Assembly: GCA_038231275.1 (NCBI GenBank) | Contig: JBBRLQ010000004.1 | Location: 64,001 to 128,000 of the forward strand | DNA: 64,000 nt | Source: Polyangiales bacterium | GTDB taxonomy: Bacteria > Myxococcota_A > Polyangia > Polyangiales > Polyangiaceae | Direction of reading: 5' to 3' | In this document: positions 1-12,256 of the stretch, one piece after another | Layout of the letters: each line of letters opens with the position of its first letter | Position numbering within the stretch: position 1 is the stretch's first letter | Notes under the pieces: generated by a model | Database searches by the model: none | What the model was told of the DNA's origin: nothing | The model's input: the letters and a program-made list of their open reading frames with translations, nothing else | Translations under genes and position numbers: made by a program

Positions 1-350
1 CCGTGGAGGCCGCCCGACACCTTGTAGCTGCCGCCGCCGAATTTGCCGCCCGCGTGGAGCGTCCCGAGGATGATCTCGAGCGCAGGCTTCTTGAACTTCG
101 GGTGCATGTCGATGGGCATCCCGCGCCCGTCGTCGGTGACGGTCACGCCTTTGCCGTCGGCGTCGAGGACGACGTCGATGTTCTCGGCGTGGCCGTTGAT
201 CGCCTCGTCGATCGAGTTGTCGACGATCTCCCACAGGAGGTGGTGGTAGCCGTCGGCGCCGGTGCCGCCGATGTACATCGCGGGGCGTTTGCGGACCGGC
301 TCGAGGCCCTCGAGGACCTCGATGTCCTTCGCGCTGTAGCTCGTGGCCAT
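1..350 (-). CDS. parE: Type IIA topoisomerase B subunit (ParE/GyrB-like), N-terminal part; runs off the window edge
   Basis: Not in the ORF track; my translation from ATG at 350 gives [28 protein letters not shown]...EIVDNSIDE...DDGRGMP...LHAGGKF...SGGLHG (GHKL ATPase motifs). Starts 1 nt after the stop of the A-subunit gene. Called parE rather than gyrB because its partner lacks a GyrA box. Confidence 0.88.
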   Translation of the reverse strand, partial: MATSYSAKDIEVLEGLEPVRKRPAMYIGGTGADGYHHLLWEIVDNSIDEAINGHAENIDVVLDADGKGVTVTDDGRGMPIDMHPKFKKPALEIILGTLHAGGKFGGGSYKVSGGLH

Positions 351-351
351 G

Positions 352-2844
<2,493 letters not shown>

Positions 2845-2964
2845 TTCATCTCCGGCATATTGCCCGGGGAGCTAGCCCGGGGGGTGAACGCCTGTCAAGT
2901 TAGACGCGACCCCGGATTCGGCAGGAGGGCCAAGTTTTCGGCGCGTGGTAGCGTCCACGTCCGC

Positions 2965-3672
2965 ATGGGGAAGCGGGTCGTGATCGGGATCGTGCTCGTC
3001 GTCGCGATCGCGGGCGTCCTCGCCTGGGTGCGGCGCGATTCGGATCGGGGCGCGGGCTCGGGCTCGGCTTCCATTGCGAACGCGACGGCGACGGGCGGCT
3101 CCGGAGAAGCGCTGCGCGACGTTCCCGTTCAGGCCGGACGCGGATCGGTCATCGATCGGGCGCGCGCGGACAAGATGAGAGAAGAGATCCGGCGGCTCCT
3201 CGCCGAAGCAGGCCCGGCGAGCGCGCCCGAACCGACCGCTGCGGCGTGGAACGGTCCCGTCAGCGCAACAGGGCGACCCCTCGCGCCGATGCCGGTGCCA
3301 GGCCCTTCGTTTCCCATCGGCGACGGCGGGATGGATCCGCTCGCCGCATACATCCGCGAGCGCGTCCGCGAGGACTTCATGCCGCTCGCCGCCAAGTGCT
3401 ACGAAAACGAGCTCGAGAAGAACCCGAAGCTCGCCGGACGCGCGACGGTCAAATTCAAGATCGTCGGCGACAAGCGCGTCGGCGGCGTCGTCGACAGCGC
3501 GAACATCGACACGAAGACCAGCGATCTCCTCGCGCCGTCGTTCGTGCAGTGCATGAGCGAGTCGATGATGAGCGTCAGCTTCGGCGCGCCGCCGGACGGC
3601 CACCCCACGACCACCGTCGACTACCCGTTCGAGTTCAGCCCCGACGAGCCCGACGCAGCGCCTGCCCGCTGA
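2965..3672 (+). CDS. Membrane-anchored AgmX/PglI C-terminal (TonB-C-like) domain protein, 235 aa
   Basis: N-terminal TM (VVIGIVLVVAIAGVLAWV), Pro-rich linker, C-terminal CYENELEKNPKLAGRATVKFKI...C...F..P....VDYPFEF pattern typical of myxobacterial AgmX/PglI domains. Start moved to ATG 2965 within ORF 2164..3672. Confidence 0.75.
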   Translation: MGKRVVIGIVLVVAIAGVLAWVRRDSDRGAGSGSASIANATATGGSGEALRDVPVQAGRGSVIDRARADKMREEIRRLLAEAGPASAPEPTAAAWNGPVSATGRPLAPMPVPGPSFPIGDGGMDPLAAYIRERVREDFMPLAAKCYENELEKNPKLAGRATVKFKIVGDKRVGGVVDSANIDTKTSDLLAPSFVQCMSESMMSVSFGAPPDGHPTTTVDYPFEFSPDEPDAAPAR

Positions 3673-3684
3673 CCCGCTACGTCG

Positions 3685-5151
3685 TCAGCGATTGTTCTCC
3701 ATCACGGCCGACGCGCGCAGCGTCGCGTTGGGGGCGAGGAGCGGCGCGCGGAGGAAAGTCGACGACGTGAGATCGAAGCCGGTCACCGCGGGATAGCGCG
3801 TGAGCAGAACCTCGTAGCTGGCGATGTCATCCTCGTCGACGATCACGACGACAGGCGTGCGCAAGAGCGTGCCGCTCGGCGGGACCCACGCCGAGAGCGC
3901 AGGAGGGAGCTGCGGACCCTGCACGCCGGTCGTGCCCGGCGGGAAGATGAAGCTCCAGCCCACGTTGTCGTTTCCGGCGATCCACTTGATGCGCGCGAAG
4001 CCGCCGTCGGCGCCGGTGAACGGACCGGCCGCCGTCCACGCCAGCTTCGGGTGGGCGAGGTCGGCGCCGTCGACGGTCGACGCCGTGAACGCCGGGAAGA
4101 GGCTCGCGAGGTCCATCGACACCGTGGAGTCCGACGGCTGCGGCGCCATCGACTTCGCGATGAGCGTGTCGGTGACGATGCTGCCCGCCGTCGCGTCGAC
4201 GGTCCACTGCGTCTGCATCGCGTCCGAGTACCCAGGGAAAATTCGCACGGACGTGTTGCCCGCGCCTCCCGTCGATCCGGCGCCGCTCTCCTGATGGAGC
4301 AGTACTGCCGAGGCGATCTCCGCGTTCGACATGAGCACCGACTGCGTCGACGCCGGCGCGTTCTTGAACGCGAGGGTCAGCGCACCGATGGTGGGCGACC
4401 ACGCCGAGAGGCCCGTGATCTGCGCAGTGCCGCCGTCGGTGGTGAGCGGGTTGTCCTTCTTGAACGCGAACGCCGCGAGCTGGTTCGAGTCGTTGTACCC
4501 GAGCACGACCGCCGGAGCCTTCCCCTTGGCCTGGCAGCTCGGGATGAGAGAGACCTGGATCGGGGTCTGCGAAAAGCCGCTGGGGCAGTCGCCGACCTGT
4601 GCGGTGAAAGAGAGGACTCCCGGGGGCGGGTTCGCCGGAACGTCGATCGACACCGAACCCGCGCTCGGCGGAAATCCGACGTCGAACGCCACGATCTCGT
4701 CGCCGTTCTTGATGCCTAGGAAGGTGACGAGCTCGCGCACCCCGATGCCGCCCACCGCCACCGTGACCATCGTCCCGTCCGCGACGGTGCGCTGCGCACG
4801 TCCGAGCGCGTCGGTCGTCTTCGCTTCGACGATGGCGCCTGCCGCGTCTTGAAACACGACGGCCACGCCCGCCTTCGGCAGACCGTCCAGCCCGATCACC
4901 GTGACGTTCGCCGTGGAAGGCGCGGCGTCCGCGGCGTCACCCCCGTCGGGCGGCGGCGGCGGCGGCGGCAGCGTGGTGTCGGGCAGCGCGCCGTCCGGGA
5001 GCGCCGAGTCGAAGTCGACGTGCGAGTCGAATCCGTTGCCCCCGTCGAACGCCTGTTGCCCCAGCGGGTCGGGGCTCGAGGTCACACAAGCGAACGGGAG
5101 GAAGACCGTCGACGACAGGAGCAACGCACGGCGAAGGACGTTCGAACGCAT
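3685..5151 (-). CDS. Hypothetical lipoprotein with D/G/P-rich linker and beta-rich body, 488 aa
   Basis: Lipobox-like LPFAC after a hydrophobic signal, DGG/DAA-rich linker, then a carboxypeptidase-regulatory-like start (VTVIGLDGLPKAGVAVVF...TTDALGRA). Confidence 0.7.
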   Translation of the reverse strand: MRSNVLRRALLLSSTVFLPFACVTSSPDPLGQQAFDGGNGFDSHVDFDSALPDGALPDTTLPPPPPPPDGGDAADAAPSTANVTVIGLDGLPKAGVAVVFQDAAGAIVEAKTTDALGRAQRTVADGTMVTVAVGGIGVRELVTFLGIKNGDEIVAFDVGFPPSAGSVSIDVPANPPPGVLSFTAQVGDCPSGFSQTPIQVSLIPSCQAKGKAPAVVLGYNDSNQLAAFAFKKDNPLTTDGGTAQITGLSAWSPTIGALTLAFKNAPASTQSVLMSNAEIASAVLLHQESGAGSTGGAGNTSVRIFPGYSDAMQTQWTVDATAGSIVTDTLIAKSMAPQPSDSTVSMDLASLFPAFTASTVDGADLAHPKLAWTAAGPFTGADGGFARIKWIAGNDNVGWSFIFPPGTTGVQGPQLPPALSAWVPPSGTLLRTPVVVIVDEDDIASYEVLLTRYPAVTGFDLTSSTFLRAPLLAPNATLRASAVMENNR

Positions 5152-5240
5152 CTGGTCAGCATGCGTGAGGCCCCGTCAGCTCGCAACCTCCTCCGTTGTC
5201 ACCCGTTCGGCGACTGCCCACGCTATGCTCCCGAGCGCGC

Positions 5241-6455
5241 ATGATCCGGCGCCCGCAGACCATCCTCGCGCTCCTCACGGCGCTGAACCTTCTCAACTAC
5301 CTCGATCGCCTGGTCGTGTCGGCGGTGTTGCCGAAGGTGCGCGACGAGCTGCACCTCTCGAACTTCGTCGCCGGCTCGCTGGCGACCGTGTTCCTCCTCG
5401 GCTACTTCGCGACGAGCCCCATCTTCGGCGCGCTCGCCGACAGAGGCGCGAGGAAGGGGCTCATCGCGTTGGGTGTCGCGGTGTGGAGCGTCGCCACGTT
5501 TGCGTCGGGCCTCGCGAGCGGCGCCGCGTCGCTGGTCGCCGCGCGCGCGATGGTCGGGGTCGGCGAGGCGAGCTACGCGACGCTCGCGCCGACCATCATC
5601 GACGACGCCGCCCCCGCCGATCGCAAGGGACGCTGGCTGGCCGTCTTCTACGTAGCGATGCCGATCGGCGGCGCGCTCGGCTACCTCGTCGGTGGCTTCG
5701 TCGAAAAACACTGGGGCTGGCGCCACGCGTTCTACGTCGCGGGCGGACCGGGCATCGTGCTCGCGGCGGTCTGTCTCTTGATCAAAGAGCCCGTGCGCAG
5801 CAAGCTCGCCGTGAAGGCCGACATCGCCGGCAACGCGGCAAAGCTCTGGGCCATCGATCTCTATCGACGCGGTGTCCTCGGCTACTGCGCGTACACGTTC
5901 GCGATCGGCGGCTTCTCGTTCTGGGCGCCGACGTTCCTCCACGATCGCTACGGCCTCGAGCTGGCGACGGCGAACTTTCGGTTCGGCCTCATCACCGTTC
6001 TGGGCGGCGCCATCGGAACCACCCTCGGTGGGACGTGGGCCGATCGCGCGCTGAAACGAATCGGGGCGACCGACGACACGAGCATCGCGCGCGTGAACCT
6101 CCGCGTGTGCGCGATCGGATCGCTCGTCGGCGTACCGCTCACGATCGCCTGCTTCCTCGCGCCGACCGCGAACATGTTCTTCGCCATCGTGCTATTCGCC
6201 GAGATCGCGCTCTTCTTGAACACGTCGCCGATCAACGCGGTCGTCCTCCGCAGCTCGCCGGTCGAGATCCGCGCGAGCGCGATGGCGCTCAGCATCTTCG
6301 CGATCCACCTCCTCGGCGACTTGTGGTCGCCCCCCTTCATAGGCCTCCTCGCCGACCATTTCCCCATGCAGTGGGCCATGATGACGATCCCGGTGGCCAT
6401 CGCGGTCTCTGCCGTTCTGTGGCGACCCCCCCCGGTCGCTGGTACTCTGCAATGA
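5241..6455 (+). CDS. Spinster-family MFS transporter, 404 aa
   Basis: NLLNYLDR, MFS motif A-like GALADRGARK, GVGEASY, HLLGDLWSP; about 12 hydrophobic segments. Confidence 0.88.
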   Translation: MIRRPQTILALLTALNLLNYLDRLVVSAVLPKVRDELHLSNFVAGSLATVFLLGYFATSPIFGALADRGARKGLIALGVAVWSVATFASGLASGAASLVAARAMVGVGEASYATLAPTIIDDAAPADRKGRWLAVFYVAMPIGGALGYLVGGFVEKHWGWRHAFYVAGGPGIVLAAVCLLIKEPVRSKLAVKADIAGNAAKLWAIDLYRRGVLGYCAYTFAIGGFSFWAPTFLHDRYGLELATANFRFGLITVLGGAIGTTLGGTWADRALKRIGATDDTSIARVNLRVCAIGSLVGVPLTIACFLAPTANMFFAIVLFAEIALFLNTSPINAVVLRSSPVEIRASAMALSIFAIHLLGDLWSPPFIGLLADHFPMQWAMMTIPVAIAVSAVLWRPPPVAGTLQ

Positions 6456-7105
6456 TGGGCAAACCGCTTGTCTTCGCCTCGATGGTGACGATCCTCTCGG
6501 CCTTGGCAGCGCTCCCCGTCGCGTGCGGAGGGAGCGACACGACGATCGGCGGCGACGCGCCGGACGCGACCGGTGGCACGGACGGACCCGTGAACGGCAA
6601 CGACGGCGCGAGCGGGACGGACACAGGATCGGGCAACGACGGCGCGACCGGCGGCGACAGCGCGGTGCCCGACGGAGGCCGACGGCGCGACGCGGGCAAC
6701 GACTCCGGCGGCAACGACGCGGCAGGAAACGACGGGGGCCCGACCGACGCTGCGGTCGACGCGCCGCTCTACGATGGCGGCCCCCTCAACGGCTGCACAC
6801 CTGGCAACTACACGGATCGAACGAACGGCGGTCAGGTGCAGCGGACGATCACGTTCCCGGTCGGCGTGCCTGGCAACTTCACGTACTCGGTGCCGTGCAT
6901 GCGCATCAAGGCGGGCCAGACGGTGCAGTTCGACGGCAACTTCGCCAATCACCCGCTCACGCCCGGCGGAGGCACGGTGCCTACGCCGATGACACTGACG
7001 AACAGCGGCCTCACGCAGCAGTTCACGTTCCCGACCGGGGGAACGTACGGCTACCACTGCGGGGTGCACGCCACGATGGTCGGCTCGATCGAGGTCGTGA
7101 ATTAG
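6452..7105 (+). CDS. Lipoprotein with C-terminal plastocyanin/azurin-like (cupredoxin) domain, 217 aa
   Basis: Lipobox PVAC, D/G-rich linker, type-1 copper ligand set H (NHPL) ... YHCGVHATM. ATGA overlap with the MFS stop. Confidence 0.82.
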   Translation: MMGKPLVFASMVTILSALAALPVACGGSDTTIGGDAPDATGGTDGPVNGNDGASGTDTGSGNDGATGGDSAVPDGGRRRDAGNDSGGNDAAGNDGGPTDAAVDAPLYDGGPLNGCTPGNYTDRTNGGQVQRTITFPVGVPGNFTYSVPCMRIKAGQTVQFDGNFANHPLTPGGGTVPTPMTLTNSGLTQQFTFPTGGTYGYHCGVHATMVGSIEVVN

Positions 7106-7247
7106 GCGAGCGCATTCTGCTCGTGTGATCGCACCTGTATCCGCCGAGTCCGGCGGGTGTATCGCGAGACAGGGGCGGCGCGGCGCGCGGATTCACGAAC
7201 GATTTTCGGGGAAAGGGGCTGGCCCTCTCCTTGCTGAAGGGAGTCCC

Positions 7248-7646
7248 ATGAACCTCCTCCCGCACGCGCTCGGCATCTCCCTCATCGCGCTCGGCCACGA
7301 CGACACGTCGTTCCTCCTCAAGATGGGCGACGCATCGACCCTGCTCGAACGCGCGACGCTCACGGTCGACGACACCGGCGTGAGCCTCCACGCGAAGAGC
7401 AAGTCCCCGATCGGGCACGCGGTGGCTCCGATCGACGAAATGGTCGTGACGGTGTTCATCGGACATGACTGGGAGACGTGGACGGTCACGCTCAGCGGCG
7501 ATCTCGACGTGAAAGGGCTGCGCCTCCAGCACGCGTTCGCGACGATCGACGAGGACGGCTACACGGTCCGCGGCGCCGCGTCGTCGAGCCGCCAGGTGGA
7601 GCTCGAGATGAACCCGCGCGGCGACGTGCTCATGAGCTTCTTCTGA
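7248..7646 (+). CDS. Hypothetical protein, 132 aa
   Basis: AAGGGAG RBS before ATG 7248; GC3-biased codons; no recognisable motif. Confidence 0.6.
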   Translation: MNLLPHALGISLIALGHDDTSFLLKMGDASTLLERATLTVDDTGVSLHAKSKSPIGHAVAPIDEMVVTVFIGHDWETWTVTLSGDLDVKGLRLQHAFATIDEDGYTVRGAASSSRQVELEMNPRGDVLMSFF

Positions 7647-7732
7647 GGTGGTTCTACTTGGCTCGCCACTCGATTGCCGCGAGCGCGAATGCGCACGTGT
7701 CTGCGCCATTGCATCTCCTCTATGATCGCGTC

Positions 7733-9748
7733 ATGCGCGCGCTCTACCTCGGTTGCATCGTTGTTCTCTGTGCTTGCGCGTCGCCACCGCCTCCTCCCAA
7801 CGTGCCGGCACCGGCTGGCCCCCCTTCGACACCTGCGTCTGTTCCGCCGCCGCCGGTCGAAACGCTCGCAACAGACACGAGGATGACCACGGTCGAGGGC
7901 GCGACGTTCATGGCCCCTGCGGGGTGGCGAATTCTCGTGCGCGGCCCGGCGACGATCATCGAAGCCCCAGAGGGCGACTCGCACATGGCTCTCGTCGACG
8001 TGCATGCGAAGGACGCCGACGCGGCCGCCGCCGCGGCGTGGGCCGCGTACCGCCCCGATGCGAAGTGGCCGCTCAAGACGTCCACCGACGTGGCGAACAA
8101 GGACGGCTGGACCGACGCCCGCTGGTACGTCTACCAAACGTCGCCGAACGAGAAGCGTGACGTAGAGGTCGTGGTGCGTCACGCCGGCGACGTATGGACC
8201 GCGGTCATCTACGACATGACGCACGCGGTGGGGGACAAGCGGCTGGCCGCCGAGACTCTCGTCTTGTCCCATATCCTCCCGAAGGGCTACGTGCGCGAGT
8301 CGTTCGCCGGGAAGAAAGCGAATCGCCTCGATTCGGCGCACGTCGCGCTGCTGACCGCGTGGACCCAGGCGGCCATGAAGGAGCTCGAGGTGCCGGGTGT
8401 GGCGATCGGCCTCGTCCAAGACGGCAAGGTGGTGTTCGCCGATGGCTTCGGCGTGCGTGACGTGGGCAGCAAGGAGAAGCCGGACGGCGACACGCTTTTC
8501 ATGATCGCCTCGAACACCAAGGCGTTGACGACGCTGATGCTCGCGAAGCTCGTCGACGAGAAGAAGCTCACGTGGGACACGCCGGTGACGCAACTGCTCC
8601 CGACCTTCAAGCTCGGCAACGAGGAGACGACGCGCCAGGTGCTCGTGAAACACTTGATTTGTGCGTGTACGGGCATGCCGCGGCAAGACTTCGAGTGGTA
8701 CTTCAATTTCAAGGGTATGACGCCCGAAGGGGCGATGGCGACCCTCGCCACGATGCAGCCGATGACGAAGTTCGGCGAGATGTTCCAATACTCGAACCCG
8801 CTCGCTGGCGCAGCGGGCTACGTGGGCGGCCACGTCCTCTATCCGAAGGTCGAGCTCGGCACAGCCTACGACGAAGCGATGCGCACGCGCGTCTTCGAGC
8901 CACTGGGAATGAAGAGCACGACGTTCGACTATGCCAAAGCGCTCAAAGGCAACCACACCTCCTGTCACGCGCGGGACGTCGACGGCAAGGTGACCCGAAT
9001 GATGACGGAGATTACCTACTCCATCGTCCCGCTTCGACCCGCGGGCGCCGCGTGGAGCAGTGTGCGTGATCTGCTCGCGTACGTCTCCGTCGAGCTCGCG
9101 GAGGGAACCCTGCCGAACGGCGCTCGCTACATCGGCAAGGAGGCGCTCCTTCAGCGACGCGTGCCGCAGGTGTCCATCGATCAAGACGAGACCTACGGCA
9201 TGGGGCTCGAAGTAAACACCAAGTACGGCACGCCGGTGGTGCACCACGGCGGCGATCTCTACGGCTTTCACAGCGACATGATGTGGCTGCCGGAACAGAA
9301 TGTCGGCGCGGTGGTGCTGACCAACGCGACCACGGGCCGCGTCCTGCGTGACGGGTTCCGGCGGAAGCTCCTCGAGGTTCTCTTCGATGGAAAGCCGGAG
9401 GCGGACGCGGACGTCGCGCAGGGGGCCAAGGAGATCTTCGCGGCGCTCGCCGCCGAACGAAAGCTGCTTACGGTACCGGCGGACCCCGGCGAGGCCGCGA
9501 AGCTCGCGCGGCGCTACACGAACGACGCGCTTGGCGAGATTGCCGTGAGCCAAACGGGCGGCGTCACGACGTTCCATTTCGGCGGGTGGAAGAGCGAGGT
9601 CGCCACCCGCAAGAACCCGGACGGAACGCTGTCGTTCGTCGCCATCGCGCCGGGCGCAGGACGCCCCGTCTTCGTCGTAGGCGGTGGTGCCAAGCGCACG
9701 CTCGTCTTGCGCGACGCGCAGCACGAATATGTTTTCTCGGAGCTGTGA
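7733..9748 (+). CDS. Serine hydrolase (beta-lactamase class C/PBP family) lipoprotein, 671 aa
   Basis: Signal ending LCAC; catalytic motifs SxxK (IASNTK), YxN (FQYSN) and HxG (HHGG); extra N- and C-terminal domains. Confidence 0.85.
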   Translation: MRALYLGCIVVLCACASPPPPPNVPAPAGPPSTPASVPPPPVETLATDTRMTTVEGATFMAPAGWRILVRGPATIIEAPEGDSHMALVDVHAKDADAAAAAAWAAYRPDAKWPLKTSTDVANKDGWTDARWYVYQTSPNEKRDVEVVVRHAGDVWTAVIYDMTHAVGDKRLAAETLVLSHILPKGYVRESFAGKKANRLDSAHVALLTAWTQAAMKELEVPGVAIGLVQDGKVVFADGFGVRDVGSKEKPDGDTLFMIASNTKALTTLMLAKLVDEKKLTWDTPVTQLLPTFKLGNEETTRQVLVKHLICACTGMPRQDFEWYFNFKGMTPEGAMATLATMQPMTKFGEMFQYSNPLAGAAGYVGGHVLYPKVELGTAYDEAMRTRVFEPLGMKSTTFDYAKALKGNHTSCHARDVDGKVTRMMTEITYSIVPLRPAGAAWSSVRDLLAYVSVELAEGTLPNGARYIGKEALLQRRVPQVSIDQDETYGMGLEVNTKYGTPVVHHGGDLYGFHSDMMWLPEQNVGAVVLTNATTGRVLRDGFRRKLLEVLFDGKPEADADVAQGAKEIFAALAAERKLLTVPADPGEAAKLARRYTNDALGEIAVSQTGGVTTFHFGGWKSEVATRKNPDGTLSFVAIAPGAGRPVFVVGGGAKRTLVLRDAQHEYVFSEL

Positions 9749-9826
9749 GAGATCGTCTTCGGGCCTGGATTTCCACCGGCGCCGATGCGCGCCCGAAAGC
9801 ACGGTGCCGACTCCTGGCAGCGTTGT

Positions 9827-10297
9827 TCACTGCGATTCGGCGTCGCCCTCGACGAGCGTGTGGAAGAGGCCGAGCAGCTTGCTCGCGCTCGCAGCCACTG
9901 GCGCGAAGAACGCAGCGTCGGTCTCCTCGACGGCGACGATCGCCGCACGGACCTTCTTTTTCCCTATTTCCGTCACCGTTATGGCCTTCGCGCGTGGGTC
10001 GTCCGGGTGCGCGCGGCGGGCGACGAGACCTGCCGCTTCGAGGACACGCACCACCTGAGACGTGGTCATCGGGTCGATGCCGGAGTGCTCGGAGAGGCGC
10101 GCTTGCGTCAGCGTCTCTCGCGCACCGAACCAGGTCGCCGTCGCAAGGAGAACGAACTGCGAATGCGTGAGCTCGAAAGGTAGAAGCGCCGCGCGCTGCC
10201 GCCGTTGCCAGGCGTTCGAGACCTTCCAGAGGAGAAACCCCGGGCTCTCGGCGGGACCCGACAAACGCGTCGGCAGCGGCGGGTTCGGCTTCTTCAT
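9827..10297 (-). CDS. MarR-family transcriptional regulator, 156 aa
   Basis: SPGFLLW..WQR..LTHSQFVLL..LTQARLSEHSGIDPMTTSQVVRVLE..DPRAKAITVTEIG winged-helix pattern. Confidence 0.9.
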   Translation of the reverse strand: MKKPNPPLPTRLSGPAESPGFLLWKVSNAWQRRQRAALLPFELTHSQFVLLATATWFGARETLTQARLSEHSGIDPMTTSQVVRVLEAAGLVARRAHPDDPRAKAITVTEIGKKKVRAAIVAVEETDAAFFAPVAASASKLLGLFHTLVEGDAESQ

Positions 10298-10340
10298 GCG
10301 GCGACCTCGAGCACTGCGTTGGAGGTCGTCGGTGAAGCGC

Positions 10341-10784
10341 TCACGGCTGCGCCTCCTTCGCGAGCTTGGCGAGCGCCGCGAGGACGTCCGGGAAATCGGC
10401 CGAGACCGCCGGGCCTACCTCCTCGGCGCCCGGACCTTGGGCGACCACCGCGTAGACCACCCGCGCCCGCTTCGGCCCCAGCCGCTCGATGCGGTGGTCG
10501 ACGGTGACGACGAGATCTTCGACGCGCGTCTCGTCGACGAAACCCTCGTTTTCCCGCACCGCCAAGAGACGCGAACGAAACGTGTCCTGCCCCGGCGGCT
10601 GCATCGAGAGCCAGGTGCCGGTGGCGAACGGCCCTTCGAGCTCGATGCGTTCGATGCCGGCGTTCCATCGCTTCCACCCCGCGACGTCGCGGAGGATTCC
10701 CCAAATCACCTCGGCATCCGCCTCGATCTCGATGCCGTGCTCGGTGCGCCACTCGTTCGCGTTCGTCGTCGACATGTTGGTCAT
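10341..10784 (-). CDS. SRPBCC/polyketide cyclase-dehydrase family protein, 147 aa
   Basis: IEIEADAEVIW..LRDVAGWKRWN..GPFATGT..L..L..LA pattern; AAGGAG RBS favours ATG 10784. Confidence 0.82.
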   Translation of the reverse strand: MTNMSTTNANEWRTEHGIEIEADAEVIWGILRDVAGWKRWNAGIERIELEGPFATGTWLSMQPPGQDTFRSRLLAVRENEGFVDETRVEDLVVTVDHRIERLGPKRARVVYAVVAQGPGAEEVGPAVSADFPDVLAALAKLAKEAQP

Positions 10785-10800
10785 GGTTCGCGTCTCCTTC

Positions 10801-10837
10801 ATAAGCTAACTTATAATATGTACGCTTACTATGTCAA
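10801..10837 (-). promoter_or_regulatory. Sigma70-type promoter with overlapping palindromes (probable MarR operator)
   Basis: Minus strand TTGACA (10837-10832), 16 nt, TATAAG (10815-10810) in an AT-rich patch. Imperfect palindrome ATAATATGTACGCTTACTAT (10813-10832) and ATAAG-N4-CTTAT (10801-10814). Confidence 0.7.
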
Positions 10838-10913
10838 GACCCAGAACGGTGTCTATGAGGCGCGCACTCCTGGCGGCGCTGCAAGACGCGCCGTCGCGCG
10901 GTAGTCTGCGAGG

Positions 10914-12140
10914 ATGAGGGCAATCGGCCATCGTCCACGGGAGGCGTGGCTCGCCGTCGTCGGTTTCGTTCTCGTCGCCTGCAGCGCCGCACGTTCGGCG
11001 CCGTCGCCGTTGCCGCCTCCGAGCGTCGACGAGGCCTGCGGTGAGCTCGCGGACGCGCTCGTCGCGTACGGCCACTGCAATGCCGGCGCGTTTGGCAGGC
11101 CCCCCGCTCGCGACCGAATCGTAGCGTCGTGCCAGCGGAGGCTCGGCGCTTCGGGCGTCGTCGCGGCAGCGGCGACGATGGCGACGCAGTGTGCGTCGAG
11201 CCTGCGATCTGCCGCGGCCGCGTGCGATCCGGTGGACGATGCCACCTGCGCCGCGCCGCCGGGGATGCTGGTTACGGGCGCCGCCTGCGGCACGGCGCTC
11301 CAGTGTGCGAGCGGCTACTGTGTCGGCCCACAGAGCACGACGGCCGAAGGGGCGACGCCTTTTCGCTTCGTCGACTTCGCCGAACCGCCCGCGCTCGTCA
11401 CGTGCGGCACGTGCGGAGAAAGGATCGCGAAGGGAGGATCGTGCAGTCCGTCGGTTCCGCAATGCGGACCGGCGTGCAACGTGGTGGCGCCGCCTTGCGC
11501 GTTGGGCACCTTCTGCAAGGTCGACGTCGGGCAGAGCGGGACATGCGTCGAAACCGCGCCGGCAGTCGCGGGCGGCGGGGTGGACGCCCCATGCACGGTC
11601 GGCTGCAAGCGCGGTCTGCGTTGCGACGCCGCCACACAGCGCTGCGCGCCTCCCTCGGCGAACGGAGGCCCGTGCAACGACGTATCGACCGACTGCGTGA
11701 CGGGGCTCGCCTGCTCGCTCGGCCAATGCGTCCCCGTCAGAGGCGCAGGGCAAGGATGCGGCGACGTCCCGCCCCGCAGCGTCTCGGTGTGCGCGCCGGG
11801 CCTGGTGTGTGATCCCGCATCGAACTCGTGCGAGGCGGTCTCCTTCGGACCTCCCGGCGCTCCCTGTGACGAAGCGCTTGCTCGCTGCGCGACCGGCCGA
11901 TGCATTCCTCCACCCGGATCGGCGCGCGGAGTGTGCGCCGCAGTGATCGCCGACGGCCAACCCTGCCGGCAAGGCGCGCCCGACGAGACCTGCGAAGACG
12001 GCGCCGTGTGCCTCACCGCGGCGGCCCTTCAAGGGTGCTGCTTCGCGAGTGGCCCCGGTACGGCCGACGGCGGCTCCGTCGGCCCCGATGGGGGCGCCCT
12101 CGCGACGTGCGTACGCCTCGATCCGAGGAGCTGCCACTGA
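10914..12140 (+). CDS. Cys-rich lipoprotein (Dickkopf-like Cys repeats), 408 aa
   Basis: Lipobox LVAC; many G..C....C..GL.C....C units; similar to the gene at 32036. Confidence 0.75.
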   Translation: MRAIGHRPREAWLAVVGFVLVACSAARSAPSPLPPPSVDEACGELADALVAYGHCNAGAFGRPPARDRIVASCQRRLGASGVVAAAATMATQCASSLRSAAAACDPVDDATCAAPPGMLVTGAACGTALQCASGYCVGPQSTTAEGATPFRFVDFAEPPALVTCGTCGERIAKGGSCSPSVPQCGPACNVVAPPCALGTFCKVDVGQSGTCVETAPAVAGGGVDAPCTVGCKRGLRCDAATQRCAPPSANGGPCNDVSTDCVTGLACSLGQCVPVRGAGQGCGDVPPRSVSVCAPGLVCDPASNSCEAVSFGPPGAPCDEALARCATGRCIPPPGSARGVCAAVIADGQPCRQGAPDETCEDGAVCLTAAALQGCCFASGPGTADGGSVGPDGGALATCVRLDPRSCH

Positions 12141-12256
12141 CGCGGGACGGTACGGCGATGCGTTGCGGCGCGGCCCCATCGGAACCATACTCGACTCCAT
12201 GGCTGCGAACGCGCTCGAGCCGCGGTCCTCGCGATGACTGGCGCAGACGGGATCAC

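Noticed and set aside
2870..2898. Minus-strand TTGACA upstream of parC
   Set aside because: No convincing -10 at 16-18 nt spacing.
4901..6451. Long N-terminal extensions in the ORF track (734-aa, 684-aa, 616-aa, 869-aa and 912-aa ORFs) suggesting fusion proteins
   Set aside because: The extensions overlap other real genes; signal peptides, RBSs and ATGA overlaps indicate later starts.
7733..9748. Calling the serine hydrolase an antibiotic-resistance beta-lactamase
   Set aside because: The motifs are shared with esterases and peptidases of the same fold, and the extra domains argue against a classical AmpC; substrate cannot be read from sequence.
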